The notes under the pieces are model-generated. The model was not told the origin of the DNA. It saw only the letters and a list, made by a program, of their open reading frames with translations, and made no database searches. Below are positions 32,145 through 43,102 of a DNA stretch of 64,000 nt, piece by piece. Every line of letters starts with the position of its first letter. Position 1 is the stretch's first letter. Source of the stretch: an uncultured Pseudomonadota bacterium (lineage in GTDB: Bacteria; Pseudomonadota; Gammaproteobacteria; Ga0077536); contig CACJXQ010000003.1 in NCBI GenBank assembly GCA_902597385.1, positions 49,441 to 113,440 on the forward strand, written 5' to 3'. Position numbers and translations under genes: made by a program.

Positions 32145-33359
32145 CTAAGTAGATTCTAATCCAAATTCCGCATGCAAGGCTCGAACACCGAGTTCGGAAT
32201 ATCTTTCCTCAACAACCACAGAGATCTTAATCTCAGAGGTCGAAATCATTTTTATGTTTATATTTTCTTTAGCTAGAGATGCAAACATCCTACTAGCGAT
32301 CCCAGCATGGGAACGCATTCCTACTCCAATAACCGAGATTTTCACTATCTTATCATCGCCTTCTACTCTACTAGCATCCATCTTTTTTGCTAGCGGACGA
32401 AGAATTTCCAATGTCTCCTCATAATCGGCTCTTGGGACAGTAAAAGTAAAATCAGTAGCTCCATTGGCGCCACTGTTTTGTACAATCATGTCCACTTCGA
32501 TATTCTTTTGGGCTACTGGGCCTAAAATCTCATTGGCAATTCCAGGCCTGTCAGGAACTCCAACTACCATAACCTGAGCTTCATTTTTGTTTAACGCAAC
32601 CCCAGATATTATAGCCTTTTCCATTTTATTGTCCTCATCGGTAATTCGAGTCCCATCTCCATCTTCAAACGACGATAAGACACGGAGATTTACTTTATAC
32701 TTGCTAGCAAATTCAACAGCTCGGATCTGAAGTACTTTAGCACCTAAACTCGCCATCTCCAGCATTTCTTCATAAGTCAAGCAATCCAACCTTCTAGCCT
32801 CCGGCACAATTCTAGGATCTGTCGTATAAACGCCATCTACATCTGTATAGATTTGACATTCATCAGCGTTCATTGCTGCGGCCAAAGCAACGGCTGTAGT
32901 ATCTGATCCCCCCCTACCAAGAGTAGTAACCATCCCAGAGTTATCTACACCTTGAAAACCAGCTACCACGGGTATGACCCCCGATTCGGTCAAAGAAACA
33001 ATCTTTTGAATTTCAATATTTTCTATTCTTGCTTTCCCATAACTATCATCAGTTTTAATTGGCACCTGCCAACCGCATAGGGGAATCGCGCGAAGAGCTA
33101 TTTCACGCAGGGCCATACTTAAAAGAGATATAGTTACCTGTTCTCCTGTGGAGAGCAGCATATCAAGAGAGCAACCTTTTGAGTCAGAGAAATTCTCTGC
33201 TAGCTTCACCAAGCGATTGGTTTCCCCGCTCATGGCGGATACGACAACTATTACTCTATTGCCCGCCTTAACACTTAAACTCACCTTCTCAGCGACGGCG
33301 CGTATCTTATCGATGTCCCCTACTGAGGTGCCACCGTATTTTTGAACAATTAAAGCCAT
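32145..33359 (-). CDS. lysC: Aspartate kinase
   Basis: QKYGGTSV, TTLGRGGSDTTA, DVDGVYTTDPR, two ACT domains. Confidence 0.96.
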   Translation of the reverse strand: MALIVQKYGGTSVGDIDKIRAVAEKVSLSVKAGNRVIVVVSAMSGETNRLVKLAENFSDSKGCSLDMLLSTGEQVTISLLSMALREIALRAIPLCGWQVPIKTDDSYGKARIENIEIQKIVSLTESGVIPVVAGFQGVDNSGMVTTLGRGGSDTTAVALAAAMNADECQIYTDVDGVYTTDPRIVPEARRLDCLTYEEMLEMASLGAKVLQIRAVEFASKYKVNLRVLSSFEDGDGTRITDEDNKMEKAIISGVALNKNEAQVMVVGVPDRPGIANEILGPVAQKNIEVDMIVQNSGANGATDFTFTVPRADYEETLEILRPLAKKMDASRVEGDDKIVKISVIGVGMRSHAGIASRMFASLAKENINIKMISTSEIKISVVVEERYSELGVRALHAEFGLEST

Positions 33360-33382
33360 ATCAGTTTATTTCCGCGAAAGCA

Positions 33383-36010
33383 TCATTTTGCATCAGCAAG
33401 TTTGCTCTTTACCCATTCCTTCACTTTTCCTAATGCGGGTTCCAAGCCTTCAGGCATAGACCCTCCAGCCTGAGCCATGTCTGGACGGCCACCTCCTTTA
33501 CCACCCACCTGGTCGGCCACAAAATTAATTAAATCTACTGCACTTACCTGTTTACTTAAATCTCGCGTAACTCCCGCAACCAAACGGACTTTATCCTGTT
33601 CAACAGTTCCCAAAACCACTATTATATTAGGATGTTTATCTTTCAAACGGTCACAGCTGTCTCTTAGCATGTCCATACTAGAATCTTGTAAAAATTTACT
33701 TAGAACCTTTACTTCACCCAACATCTCTATCGCATTACTCAAATCATCCTGGCCACCACCGGTTAGTCTCTTTTTGAGAGTAGCTATATCTTTTTCTAAT
33801 TTGCCCTTCATTGTTACTAGGTCAGTTATTTTTTCTTCCAACCTGTCCGCACTCGATTTAACTAACTCCGAAATTTTTGAAATTTTCTTTTGGTTATCAG
33901 CGATAAAGTTCTCTGCAGCCTCTCCACTAACCGCCTCGATTCTTCGGAGACCGGAACCAACTGAGGTTTGAGAAGTGATTTTGAAGATACCTAAATCTCC
34001 TGTCCGAAAAGCATGAGTACCTCCGCATAACTCTGATGAAAAAGGGCCCATAGACAACACCCTGACTCTATCAGAATACTTCTCTTCAAAAAAAGCCACT
34101 GCTCCATCTTCAAGGGCTTTTTGGAAATCCTTTATTTCAGTTTGTATTGGGTAGTTAGCTCTTATCTGGCTGTTAACTAGCTTCTCTACTTCCGACAACT
34201 CCGATACAGAGAGAGCCTTTTTATGACTAAAATCAAATCTCAATTTTGACGAGTCAACATAGGAACCTTTCTGCTCAACATGATCTCCCAAGGTCGATCG
34301 AAGAGCAGCGTGTACTAAATGGGTAGCAGAATGATTGGATCTAGTCCTCTCTCTAGTTTTAGGGTCTACTTCGGCTTCGATAGTTTGACCAGACTGCATT
34401 GAGCCAGAAACCTGTTTGCCAATGTGTAAGTAACAGCCATTAGACACCTGTGTATCAAGCACATCGAATAGGCTCTCTTGCCCCCTAATACGTCCAATGT
34501 CCCCCACTTGCCCTCCAGATTCGGCGTAGAAAGGAGTGCGATCAAGAACGAGGATAGCCTCCTCATCCTGAGATAAGACCTCTTTTTCAACCCCATCTAC
34601 AAAGATTTTTTTAACCGTTGAATCAGAGCGCAGAGAATCATATCCAACGAAAGAAGTGTCATAGGAGAGTTCTTTTACGCTACTAACAACAACATCTATT
34701 TTAGAATCGCTCCTAGCAAATTGATGAGACTGTCTACCCAAATTCCGCTGTCGCTCCATAGCGGCATCAAACCCAGACATATCCACAACGGCACCGTACT
34801 CTTTGGCCACATCAGCTGTAAGGTCAACAGGAAAACCGTAAGTATCATACAGCTGAAAAGCTACCTCCCCATCAATATCTTTATTCTTGGTTTGATCAAT
34901 GTGTTCAAGAAGTATTTTCATCCCGTTATCCAAAGTCTCTAGAAATCGTTCCTCTTCCTCTCGAAGAATCTCGCTGAGCTGATCAGATTGTTCGGATAGA
35001 ACACTGTAAGCCTCCCCCATTTCTTCAGCTAACGGGTCTATGAGGCGATGAAAAAAAACTTCCTTTTTTCCGAGTTTATGCCCATGCCTTATCGCCCTAC
35101 GTATAATCCTCCGAAGCACATACCCTCGTCCCTCATTTGAAGGAGAAACACCATCTGCTATCAAAAAGGCACAAGAGCGAATGTGATCTGCAATCACCTT
35201 TAGGGAATCATCGGAGTCCATTGCTTCAGGAAATATTTGTTTACATCCGGATATCAAATTCTGAAAAAGATCAATATCATAGTTATTCGAGACGCCCTGC
35301 AAAACCGCCGCAATCCTCTCTAACCCCATACCAGTATCAACGCAAGGACTGGGAATTTTAGTAATTACGCCATCCAAAGATCTTTCGTATTGCATGAAAA
35401 CGAGATTCCAAATTTCTACGAATCTATCACCGTCAGCATTTTCGCTACCTGGCGGACCACCTTCCACATTTGGGCCGTGATCGAAGAATATTTCAGAACA
35501 TGGTCCACATGGGCCTGTATCACCCATCATCCAAAAATTATCGTCTTTTCCACAGTAGATTAGGCGCTCTTTTGGCAAACCAATTTTCTTGATCCAAAGG
35601 TTTGCGGATTCTTCGTCACCTTCTAGGACAGTCACCCACAATTTCGCCTCGGGAATTTCAAAGACTCTAGTTAACAATTCCCAGGAATAATCAATAGCCT
35701 CTTCTTTAAAATAATCTCCAAAACTAAAGTTTCCTAACATCTCAAAGAAGGTGTGATGCCTAGCGGTGAAACCTACATTATCCAAATCGTTGTGTTTTCC
35801 TCCTGCTCTAACACATCGTTGAGATGACGCAGCTCGTTTATACGGAGGTTTTTTTTGCCCAAGAAAATAGTCTTTAAACTGAACCATCCCAGCGTTTGTA
35901 AAAAGCAAAGTCGGGTCATCTTTAGGGACCAGAGGACTACTATCAACCAGATTATGACCATTACTCTCAAAGTAATTGAGAAAGGTATTTCTTATTTCGC
36001 CCGTTTTCAT
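33383..36010 (-). CDS. alaS: Alanine--tRNA ligase
   Basis: FTNAGMVQFK, RHHTFFEMLGNFSFGDYFK, HSATH, ELCGGTH, GGGRPDMAQAG. Confidence 0.98.
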   Translation of the reverse strand: MKTGEIRNTFLNYFESNGHNLVDSSPLVPKDDPTLLFTNAGMVQFKDYFLGQKKPPYKRAASSQRCVRAGGKHNDLDNVGFTARHHTFFEMLGNFSFGDYFKEEAIDYSWELLTRVFEIPEAKLWVTVLEGDEESANLWIKKIGLPKERLIYCGKDDNFWMMGDTGPCGPCSEIFFDHGPNVEGGPPGSENADGDRFVEIWNLVFMQYERSLDGVITKIPSPCVDTGMGLERIAAVLQGVSNNYDIDLFQNLISGCKQIFPEAMDSDDSLKVIADHIRSCAFLIADGVSPSNEGRGYVLRRIIRRAIRHGHKLGKKEVFFHRLIDPLAEEMGEAYSVLSEQSDQLSEILREEEERFLETLDNGMKILLEHIDQTKNKDIDGEVAFQLYDTYGFPVDLTADVAKEYGAVVDMSGFDAAMERQRNLGRQSHQFARSDSKIDVVVSSVKELSYDTSFVGYDSLRSDSTVKKIFVDGVEKEVLSQDEEAILVLDRTPFYAESGGQVGDIGRIRGQESLFDVLDTQVSNGCYLHIGKQVSGSMQSGQTIEAEVDPKTRERTRSNHSATHLVHAALRSTLGDHVEQKGSYVDSSKLRFDFSHKKALSVSELSEVEKLVNSQIRANYPIQTEIKDFQKALEDGAVAFFEEKYSDRVRVLSMGPFSSELCGGTHAFRTGDLGIFKITSQTSVGSGLRRIEAVSGEAAENFIADNQKKISKISELVKSSADRLEEKITDLVTMKGKLEKDIATLKKRLTGGGQDDLSNAIEMLGEVKVLSKFLQDSSMDMLRDSCDRLKDKHPNIIVVLGTVEQDKVRLVAGVTRDLSKQVSAVDLINFVADQVGGKGGGRPDMAQAGGSMPEGLEPALGKVKEWVKSKLADAK

Positions 36011-36417
36011 TGATTATTCCATTCACCTATGACCGCTTTTACGTGCTCCGTTTCAAATCCTTTATAAGCCAGAAAACGAACCCTACGAGCATAGTCCTTG
36101 ATACCAGTTATTTCAGAATCAAATTTTTTCTTATAAGTTCTTTTAGCGCACTCAAACCAATCTATCCCTGATTCTTTTAAACTTCCGAGTGCCACCTTTT
36201 TTTCTATGCCTTTTTCTAAAAGCCCTTTCTTGATACGAATGGGTCCATACCCACCCTTAACCTTACTCCTTACATACTCACTTGCAAAACGTTCATCACT
36301 TTGAAGACCTTGCTCCTCTAACTCCTGTACAAGCTCTAAGGGATCTCTCACTTCAAACCCTCGCCTTTTTATTTTCTCCAATAACTCTTGTTTAGAATGC
36401 TCTCTTGTCGCCAACAA
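36007..36417 (-). CDS. recX: Regulatory protein RecX (true start may be further upstream, up to 36465)
   Basis: LATREHS, SDERFA, GYGPIRI, RFLAYKGF; between recA and alaS. Confidence 0.88.
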   Translation of the reverse strand: MLATREHSKQELLEKIKRRGFEVRDPLELVQELEEQGLQSDERFASEYVRSKVKGGYGPIRIKKGLLEKGIEKKVALGSLKESGIDWFECAKRTYKKKFDSEITGIKDYARRVRFLAYKGFETEHVKAVIGEWNNQ

Positions 36418-36461
36418 CTTTAAAAGATAAGGGCGCAGAGAAGTGTTGTCGAGTTTACTGC

Positions 36462-37493
36462 TCAGGATTCTTCTTCCTCCTCAGTCTCTTGCTCAACTTT
36501 ATTAATTGGTATTACTTTTTCTCGTATCAGCGTTTCTATTTCAGTCGCCACCTCAGGTGAATCTTTGAGAAGCTGCCTAACATTTTCTTTACCTTGCCCC
36601 AGTCGATCGCCGTTATAACTGTACCATGCCCCCGTTTTTTCGACGATATCATGCTCGACTCCAAGCTCTATCAATTCACTCTCCCTAGAAATCCCTTCGT
36701 TATACATAATATCAAAAACAGCTTGTCTAAAAGGAGGGGCGACCTTATTTTTCACCACTTTCACTCTGGTTTCGTTGCCGATTATTTCGTCCCCCTTTTT
36801 CAGGGCGCCAATTCTTCTAATGTCGAGGCGCACAGAAGAATAAAATTTTAGGGCATTGCCTCCCGTCGTTGTCTCGGGACTACCAAACATCACCCCTATC
36901 TTCATTCTTATCTGATTTATAAAGATTACTAAAGTGTTCGATCGTTTTATGTTACCCGTTAGTTTACGCAACGCTTGGGACATTAATCTAGCTTGCAAAC
37001 CAACATGACTGTCGCCCATATCTCCCTCTATCTCGGCTTTGGGCGTCAAAGCAGCCACCGAATCGACAACCACCAAATCAACAGCACCTGACCGGACCAA
37101 CATATCTGTGATTTCTAATGCTTGTTCTCCCGTGTCTGGTTGAGAGACCAACAAATTCTCAACATCGACACCCACTTTGCCTGCGTACACTGGATCTAAA
37201 GCATGTTCAGCATCAACAAAAGCTGCCGTACCACCTAATTTTTGAATCTCGGCCACAACATGCAAGGTGAGGGTGGTTTTTCCTGAGGATTCTGGCCCAT
37301 AAATTTCAACCACTCTCCCTTTAGGAAGGCCCCCAATTCCAAGGGCAATATCGATGGAAAGAGAACCAGTTGACACAGCTTCGACCGAAGAAACTACTTC
37401 ATCAGTACCCATTCGCATAATCGAACCTGAACCAAATTGTTTCTCAATCTGGGACAGGGCCGCCCCGAGGGCTTTTTCCTTATTTTGATCCAT
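36462..37493 (-). CDS. recA: Recombinase A
   Basis: [36 protein letters not shown]. Confidence 0.99.
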   Translation of the reverse strand: MDQNKEKALGAALSQIEKQFGSGSIMRMGTDEVVSSVEAVSTGSLSIDIALGIGGLPKGRVVEIYGPESSGKTTLTLHVVAEIQKLGGTAAFVDAEHALDPVYAGKVGVDVENLLVSQPDTGEQALEITDMLVRSGAVDLVVVDSVAALTPKAEIEGDMGDSHVGLQARLMSQALRKLTGNIKRSNTLVIFINQIRMKIGVMFGSPETTTGGNALKFYSSVRLDIRRIGALKKGDEIIGNETRVKVVKNKVAPPFRQAVFDIMYNEGISRESELIELGVEHDIVEKTGAWYSYNGDRLGQGKENVRQLLKDSPEVATEIETLIREKVIPINKVEQETEEEEES

Positions 37494-37656
37494 TTTTTCT
37501 TTCCTTATTTTAGGGCATTACGAATTTAGTGACGTAGAACTATTATACAACTAAACGATTTACGCCAAGCATTAAAATTACTGATTTTTGACTTTTAACC
37601 GACAGAGTACCGGAGGAGGAGATAAACTTATGGGAAACGCCTATATTTTGCTTGTG

Positions 37657-38157
37657 TTAACATTTCAATAGGTCAGACAGAGTGGTCCTTAGAGCATAGT
37701 TCACGGCTTGATGCCTAATGCTGGGGCGATCTCCTGAAAAATTCATAGTTTCCACCCTTATTCCTCGAATAAGATTGTGGAAACCAAAGCAAACCGTTCC
37801 TACGGGCTTCTCTTTCGTTCCTCCGCCGGGTCCTGCAATCCCGGTAACAGAAATACTAACATCAGCCTCTGATAACTTTACTACCCCTTCAACCATCGCT
37901 TTTGCCACAGGCTCACTTACAGCCCCATACGATTCCAATAAGGACTTGGAGACACCTAATATTTTCTCCTTCGCCTCATTAGAGTAGGTCACTACTCCTA
38001 GTTCAAACCAATTTGAACTCCCAGGCAAATCGGTCAGGACCTTGGCAATACCACCCCCGGTACAGGATTCAGCCAAACCAATCTTATATTCTTTCCTGAG
38101 GAGTAATTCTGCCAGTTCAAGAGACAATTTCATGGAATTTCCCTCTAATTGCGTCAT
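37657..38157 (-). CDS. pncC: CinA C-terminal domain protein (NMN amidohydrolase); start uncertain
   Basis: AESCTGG, GSSNWF, YSNEAK, TGIAGPGGGT.EKPVGTV; upstream of recA. Confidence 0.9.
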   Translation of the reverse strand: MTQLEGNSMKLSLELAELLLRKEYKIGLAESCTGGGIAKVLTDLPGSSNWFELGVVTYSNEAKEKILGVSKSLLESYGAVSEPVAKAMVEGVVKLSEADVSISVTGIAGPGGGTKEKPVGTVCFGFHNLIRGIRVETMNFSGDRPSIRHQAVNYALRTTLSDLLKC

Positions 38158-38614
38158 CCGGCTTGCCCCTCCTCTTTCTAAAGAAAGCTTTGAGTAACTC
38201 ACCACATTCTGTTGCCTCTATTCCTCCCACAACAGACGGCCGATGATTTAGTTTACTATTTCCTAATATCTCAAACACTGAACCTGCCGCTCCAGTCCTT
38301 TTATCAAATGCACCAAAAACTACCCTGTCCACTCTAGAATGAATGATAGCCCCAGCACACATCGGACAAGGCTCCAGAGTTACGTAAAGAGTGAGGTCTT
38401 TCAAGCGATAATTGTTGACAACAGATCCAGCCGATCTCAAGGCTTCCATTTCAGCGTGCGCAGTAGGGTCATGCTTTTTTATAACCTGATTATAACCGCT
38501 TGCCACAATCTCGTCACACCGTACCAGAATCGCTCCAACAGGCACCTCTCCTTCTTTTTCAGCTTGTTTTGCCAGCGCTATGGCCAAACGCATAAATTTT
38601 GAATCATCTTCCAT
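38117..38614 (-). CDS. tadA: tRNA adenosine(34) deaminase
   Basis: EVPVGA, DPTAHAE, TLEPCPMCAGA, FFRKRR. Confidence 0.96.
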   Translation of the reverse strand: MEDDSKFMRLAIALAKQAEKEGEVPVGAILVRCDEIVASGYNQVIKKHDPTAHAEMEALRSAGSVVNNYRLKDLTLYVTLEPCPMCAGAIIHSRVDRVVFGAFDKRTGAAGSVFEILGNSKLNHRPSVVGGIEATECGELLKAFFRKRRGKPDDAIRGKFHEIVS

Positions 38615-38656
38615 AAAATCTAGAAACGACTTCTACCTGATAACATCTATAGTCTC

Positions 38657-39517
38657 TTACTTTGAAAGATATAACGAAAACCACTCTGAAGCGGCTTCAG
38701 CAGCAGCTTGTTTGTACTTTCCATAGACATCGTAGTGTCGGCCTTCAATAGGGTATAGTTTCTTGGTCGCTCGAATTTTTTCAAAGGCTTCTACCTGCCA
38801 CTCAGTTGGTGTTTGGGTATCCTCTTTCGCCACAATCAATGCTACCGGTTTTTCGATCATATTTACGAATTGCAGCGGCTCATAGGTACGCATTAAATCA
38901 AATGTCCTCAAAGTTATTTGGTTAACATATTGGTTTCGAATATCACTACTTTTCACCCACTCTTCAGTCTCCGAGCCTACCAAAGCCGCCTTCGTTGTTT
39001 GGGGGATAGCCCCTTCTGCACGCGAATTAAGATCTTTCATCATCCGTTCAAGAAATTCTTTCTTTTTTTCTTCTGGAATCCATTTCTCAAAAGTTCTTGA
39101 ACCACTTATTAACGGCACCTGGGAAACGATACAAGTGACCCTCATATCAAGTGCGCCTACAGTTAAAACGTGTCCTCCAGAATAACTAGTTCCCCATAGA
39201 CCAATCTTCTCAGAATTAACTTCTGGCTTCTGTCTTACGAAGGATATGGCCTCCCGCATGTCAGATATCTGTCGCCAGGGATCGGTCTCGCATCTGGGCC
39301 AACCCGAACTTAAACCCCAATTTCTGTGGTCATACATAAAACATGTGAAACCTCTTTTTACGAAATGTTCAGCATAGAATGGTAAATCCATGGCAAATAT
39401 TCCCGATAAGCCATGGCTCATCACAATAGTAGGGCGGGCAACCCCATCGCCTGATGAGATTAATTCACCATGCAATATGGCATTATCACTATTGAAGAAT
39501 AGTTTACGTACTTCCAT
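38657..39517 (-). CDS. Alpha/beta hydrolase
   Basis: MSHG, YDHRNWGLS, WGTSYSGGH, HYDVY. Confidence 0.85.
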   Translation of the reverse strand: MEVRKLFFNSDNAILHGELISSGDGVARPTIVMSHGLSGIFAMDLPFYAEHFVKRGFTCFMYDHRNWGLSSGWPRCETDPWRQISDMREAISFVRQKPEVNSEKIGLWGTSYSGGHVLTVGALDMRVTCIVSQVPLISGSRTFEKWIPEEKKKEFLERMMKDLNSRAEGAIPQTTKAALVGSETEEWVKSSDIRNQYVNQITLRTFDLMRTYEPLQFVNMIEKPVALIVAKEDTQTPTEWQVEAFEKIRATKKLYPIEGRHYDVYGKYKQAAAEAASEWFSLYLSK

Positions 39518-39551
39518 TCATACCTCCATATTTCCCATTTCAAACCCGCTA

Positions 39552-40373
39552 TTAAAGATACATATGAAACAATCTTTTATCTTTATCCCAATCTACAGAA
39601 GAAGTTACATTATCTTCGATGTTTTCGAGGATATACTCTTTAGCTCGAACTCGAAGAGAACTTAACTTTCCCGATGACTCACTTTCGGATTTTTTTAAAT
39701 GCCAATAATAGTCACTACAGAGCGACTTCAAATTATCTTCTGGTTTTTTTCCAATCGAAATTTTCTTAGACAAAAAGAAAGACAATATGGATAGAATCAT
39801 ATAATTCGATTCTACTTTTTTAAATTCCCGAATTAACGATTTCTCAAAAAATTGGTTATCTTCGACCTTAACTCTGTCAAATATTGCCCAACCTTGACTT
39901 ATATTATTCAAAATTTTTACCGAATTATGATTATTTACAGACACGCCAATATCTTTGTCACGAATAATGACCCCACCGGTATCTTCAGGGTTATCATTAC
40001 CCGGTTTGAGAGTAACAATAAGCCGCCCAGCGTATTCGGAATGGGCCACCCAACTTTTTGATCCTGACAAAAAATAGACTAGACCATCTTTTTTTAAAGT
40101 AGTGGGTAACATTTCTGCGTTTTCATCAGGCTGTTCACTAAATAAAAAACTGGACCACCCCCACCAATCTTTGTTCGGGAACAAAGTATGTAGAGCAGAT
40201 TGATAACCCGCCACAAATATGCCCTCTAAAGAGATAGACTCAGCTGAGAACTTAATCGAAATATCGGGAGGACTTAACTTATGAAAGTTATGCGCTATCC
40301 AATGCGAGAATAGATCCTTCTCATTATTTTTCTCTGAAACTATTAACTGCCCGTTCAATAATTGGTCTAACAT
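39552..40373 (-). CDS. Divergent acyl-CoA dehydrogenase-like protein (middle domain)
   Basis: FVAGYQSAL, FSE, LSGSKSWV; otherwise weak and AT-rich. Confidence 0.5.
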   Translation of the reverse strand: MLDQLLNGQLIVSEKNNEKDLFSHWIAHNFHKLSPPDISIKFSAESISLEGIFVAGYQSALHTLFPNKDWWGWSSFLFSEQPDENAEMLPTTLKKDGLVYFLSGSKSWVAHSEYAGRLIVTLKPGNDNPEDTGGVIIRDKDIGVSVNNHNSVKILNNISQGWAIFDRVKVEDNQFFEKSLIREFKKVESNYMILSILSFFLSKKISIGKKPEDNLKSLCSDYYWHLKKSESESSGKLSSLRVRAKEYILENIEDNVTSSVDWDKDKRLFHMYL

Positions 40374-40471
40374 TTATTTACCTTTTCCACCTCAGCCGGA
40401 TAGAAGGTAACAGAAAACCAGCACTTAAACGAACAGGGAATCAATTATCCCACAAAAAGCACTCAAAAAAC

Positions 40472-40764
40472 CTATGGGTTAGATAACAGGCGCAGAGTAG
40501 AGTGAATATCTCTCAGTTCATTTAGTTTGTATTCACGAGACCCGCGATGACGCCGAACACTCTTCAGACAATACTTTAAAGTTAGTTCTAAACTTAAACG
40601 CACCAGTCTCCATCGAACTCGCCCCAAAACCCACCACAAGATCAATTTTCCAAGAGACAAAAATAAGCCGCCGATTACCATTTTCCAAACCTTTTTTTAG
40701 GTAATAAGCGGACTGCCAAGGCCAACCAAAAAAGAGTTAACAAAACACCCTCAAAAGACTCCAT
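40472..40764 (-). pseudogene. Possible small membrane protein split by a frameshift at an A7 tract
   Basis: AGGAGG + ATG at 40764 gives 29-aa MESFEGVLLTLFWLALAVRLLPKKRFGKW*; one extra A would fuse it to ORF 40472-40681. Confidence 0.3.
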
Positions 40765-40973
40765 AATAAAACCCCTCCTGAAAAGTCAGTTAAATCACTT
40801 AGACTGAATGCAAGTTTCTCTGTTCAATAGAGAATTTAATTAAGTCCGATTCATACCGAATTCAACTAGATTGGTTATTTATGCCATAAAAGAACCTAAA
40901 TTGCTAGTGTTCATTTATAAAAATCGACTATCTGGCGATAAAAACTTCTTTTAGAGAAGTTTTTATCAGATAT

Positions 40974-41789
40974 TTAAACAATCGACCTATTTTTCAGGAA
41001 TTTAAGGCAAGCGGAGGCCAATTTCTCTGGTTGTTCCATCATGATTAAATGCCCCATGCCCTCGGCTATACCACCTTCAGCCAAACCATCAGGGATCATT
41101 TCTATAGTCTCTTGAACAGCTTTTTCAGAGATATGATAATCAGCCTCACCTTTAAACAGAAAAATAGGGCTTCTTATATTTTTGAGATCTTCTCTGACAT
41201 CATGATCATTCCAAGCATCCATATCAGCCACACAAGTTTCCTGATAAGTACAACGGTGTTGCCATTTTGATTCTAAAACTATCTCCTCGTCGCAGGGATA
41301 ATACATAGCGGACGTGGAAGCATTATCAACCAATGCAGCGAACCCTGGGAAACTATGAGGATCGTTGTAACCTGACAAAAAGGAAATTGACCCAGTATTA
41401 GCAGCCGCTTCAAAAGCCATCCCTGCTAAAATATCTGTGGGGTGGTTACAGGCTATATTTAACGTCATGTCACCACCTATCCCACTTCCGCAAACGACCG
41501 GTTTTTCACCGGGACAAACAATCGATATGAACTCCCATACCCATTCGGCGTACTCGGACATTTTTCGAAAAGGTTCCCAATTAACGGGCATTGACTTTGC
41601 GTGGCCAGGCAAATCGGGAGCTATTACTTTAAAACCTGCATCTGCCATTATAGGCATAAATTTGTACCATTGGAGCGAACATGCCCAACCCATATGAATA
41701 CAAATAAGGGGAATTCCCTCCCCACAAATATCGTAATAAGTTCTTGTATTAAGAACCTCTGTATAACGTCCAGTAATTTCGTGCCCCAT
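40974..41789 (-). CDS. Alpha/beta hydrolase fold protein
   Basis: PDLPGHAKS, GSGIGG, GEAD, GHLIMMEQP. Confidence 0.82.
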   Translation of the reverse strand: MGHEITGRYTEVLNTRTYYDICGEGIPLICIHMGWACSLQWYKFMPIMADAGFKVIAPDLPGHAKSMPVNWEPFRKMSEYAEWVWEFISIVCPGEKPVVCGSGIGGDMTLNIACNHPTDILAGMAFEAAANTGSISFLSGYNDPHSFPGFAALVDNASTSAMYYPCDEEIVLESKWQHRCTYQETCVADMDAWNDHDVREDLKNIRSPIFLFKGEADYHISEKAVQETIEMIPDGLAEGGIAEGMGHLIMMEQPEKLASACLKFLKNRSIV

Positions 41790-41803
41790 TTTCCCCTCCT
41801 TAT

Positions 41804-42172
41804 CTAAAGATCCCGTATAGCTATTACAATCATTTGATTTGATTCATACATACGATTTGCCTGTAAGAGATCACCATCAACAGAGATATCTCCAGTGTCT
41901 AGAAAATGTCCAACATGACGATCACCTTTCCGAAGTGACAACCAATTTTCCATCGTCGCCTCAATCTTGTAATCCCAACCAAGCGGATTTGCCATGGGAA
42001 AGTACTCCATGTGATCTATCACTTTTCCACCATAAAGTTTCAACCAATAAGCCTTATCCCCAAAACATAACATAATCTTCACATCAGACCATTTACTGAC
42101 TAAATTAAATTTCTTATTTGCGTTGAGTTTTCCTCTCAAACCTACTATAAAATCTAAACTTGGAAATTCCAT
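41804..42172 (-). CDS. SCP2 sterol-carrier-like small protein
   Basis: 122 aa, WDYKIEA..ENW, GDISVDGDL; co-oriented with the hydrolase. Confidence 0.5.
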   Translation of the reverse strand: MEFPSLDFIVGLRGKLNANKKFNLVSKWSDVKIMLCFGDKAYWLKLYGGKVIDHMEYFPMANPLGWDYKIEATMENWLSLRKGDRHVGHFLDTGDISVDGDLLQANRMYESNQMIVIAIRDL

Positions 42173-42211
42173 TGCCCTCCCTCCTGACTATATGGTATTC
42201 AACTGCTCGAA

Positions 42212-43102
42212 TTATTTTAACTCTTTTTCAACAAACTCCAAGACGCTCTGAGAAGACTCAAAAACCAAATCCTCAAACAATTTCTCGTAGAGCATCTTTT
42301 TTTTGGCTAGTATAAATATGAATTTCATTACTTTTTTAGGAACAGAAAAGAGAATAATCGGTTCATTTTTGTTTAACTTTAAAACAATGGATTCAGTTGA
42401 GAGCGGTTGAGGATCGGTTATCAGTTCAATTCCTTGCCATTTTACCTTGTCTAGAGCATAGTCTGTTACTACATTCGCGAGCGTTTCCACCGAAATAATC
42501 GAACGCCTATTACCGACACCCTTGAAAGGCAGAGGAACCCGCCAGTTGATAATTTTTTTCAACAAACCGAGGTTTCCTGGAGCCTCCTCTCCATATACTA
42601 GTGGCAACCTTAAGATGAGGACTTCGATACCATATGAGGAGGAGTTTTCAACCAAAAATTTTTCAGCATCGAATTTCGACTTTGAGTAAGGAGTTTTTGG
42701 TGATAACTTTGATTTAAGATTCAACCGCTTCGTGGCTGACGTTAACCCATAAACGCCCACTGTGCTGAAAAAAACAAATTTCTTGACACCCGCCTCAGCG
42801 CACATTTGAAACAACATTTTCGTTGCCAAAAAATTAAGGGCTTGGTACTTCCTGTTTTTCTCTTTCCCATGAACCAAAGCTGCACCGTGCACAAAGGTGT
42901 CCACTCCATCTAGAAGAGAAACGTCGATTTTCGTAACATTCTCCAGACTGAATTCGCTTACTTTATAGTCGCACTTTTTCTTCTTTGACCTCTGGTAGGA
43001 CACTACCTTTATATTCTTCTGGATCGATCGCTTGATGATCTCTTGGCCACAGAAACCAGTCCCACCAGATATTCCTATAACTTTAGTCATTTTTGTTCTC
43101 AA
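42212..43102 (-). CDS. NAD-dependent sugar epimerase/dehydratase
   Basis: SGGTGFCG, HGAALVH, FSTVGVYG, YSKSK, LRLPLVYG, NRRS. Confidence 0.88.
   Translation of the reverse strand: MRTKMTKVIGISGGTGFCGQEIIKRSIQKNIKVVSYQRSKKKKCDYKVSEFSLENVTKIDVSLLDGVDTFVHGAALVHGKEKNRKYQALNFLATKMLFQMCAEAGVKKFVFFSTVGVYGLTSATKRLNLKSKLSPKTPYSKSKFDAEKFLVENSSSYGIEVLILRLPLVYGEEAPGNLGLLKKIINWRVPLPFKGVGNRRSIISVETLANVVTDYALDKVKWQGIELITDPQPLSTESIVLKLNKNEPIILFSVPKKVMKFIFILAKKKMLYEKLFEDLVFESSQSVLEFVEKELK

Noticed and set aside
37494-37656. LexA box upstream of recA
   Set aside because: No CTGT-N8-ACAG match found
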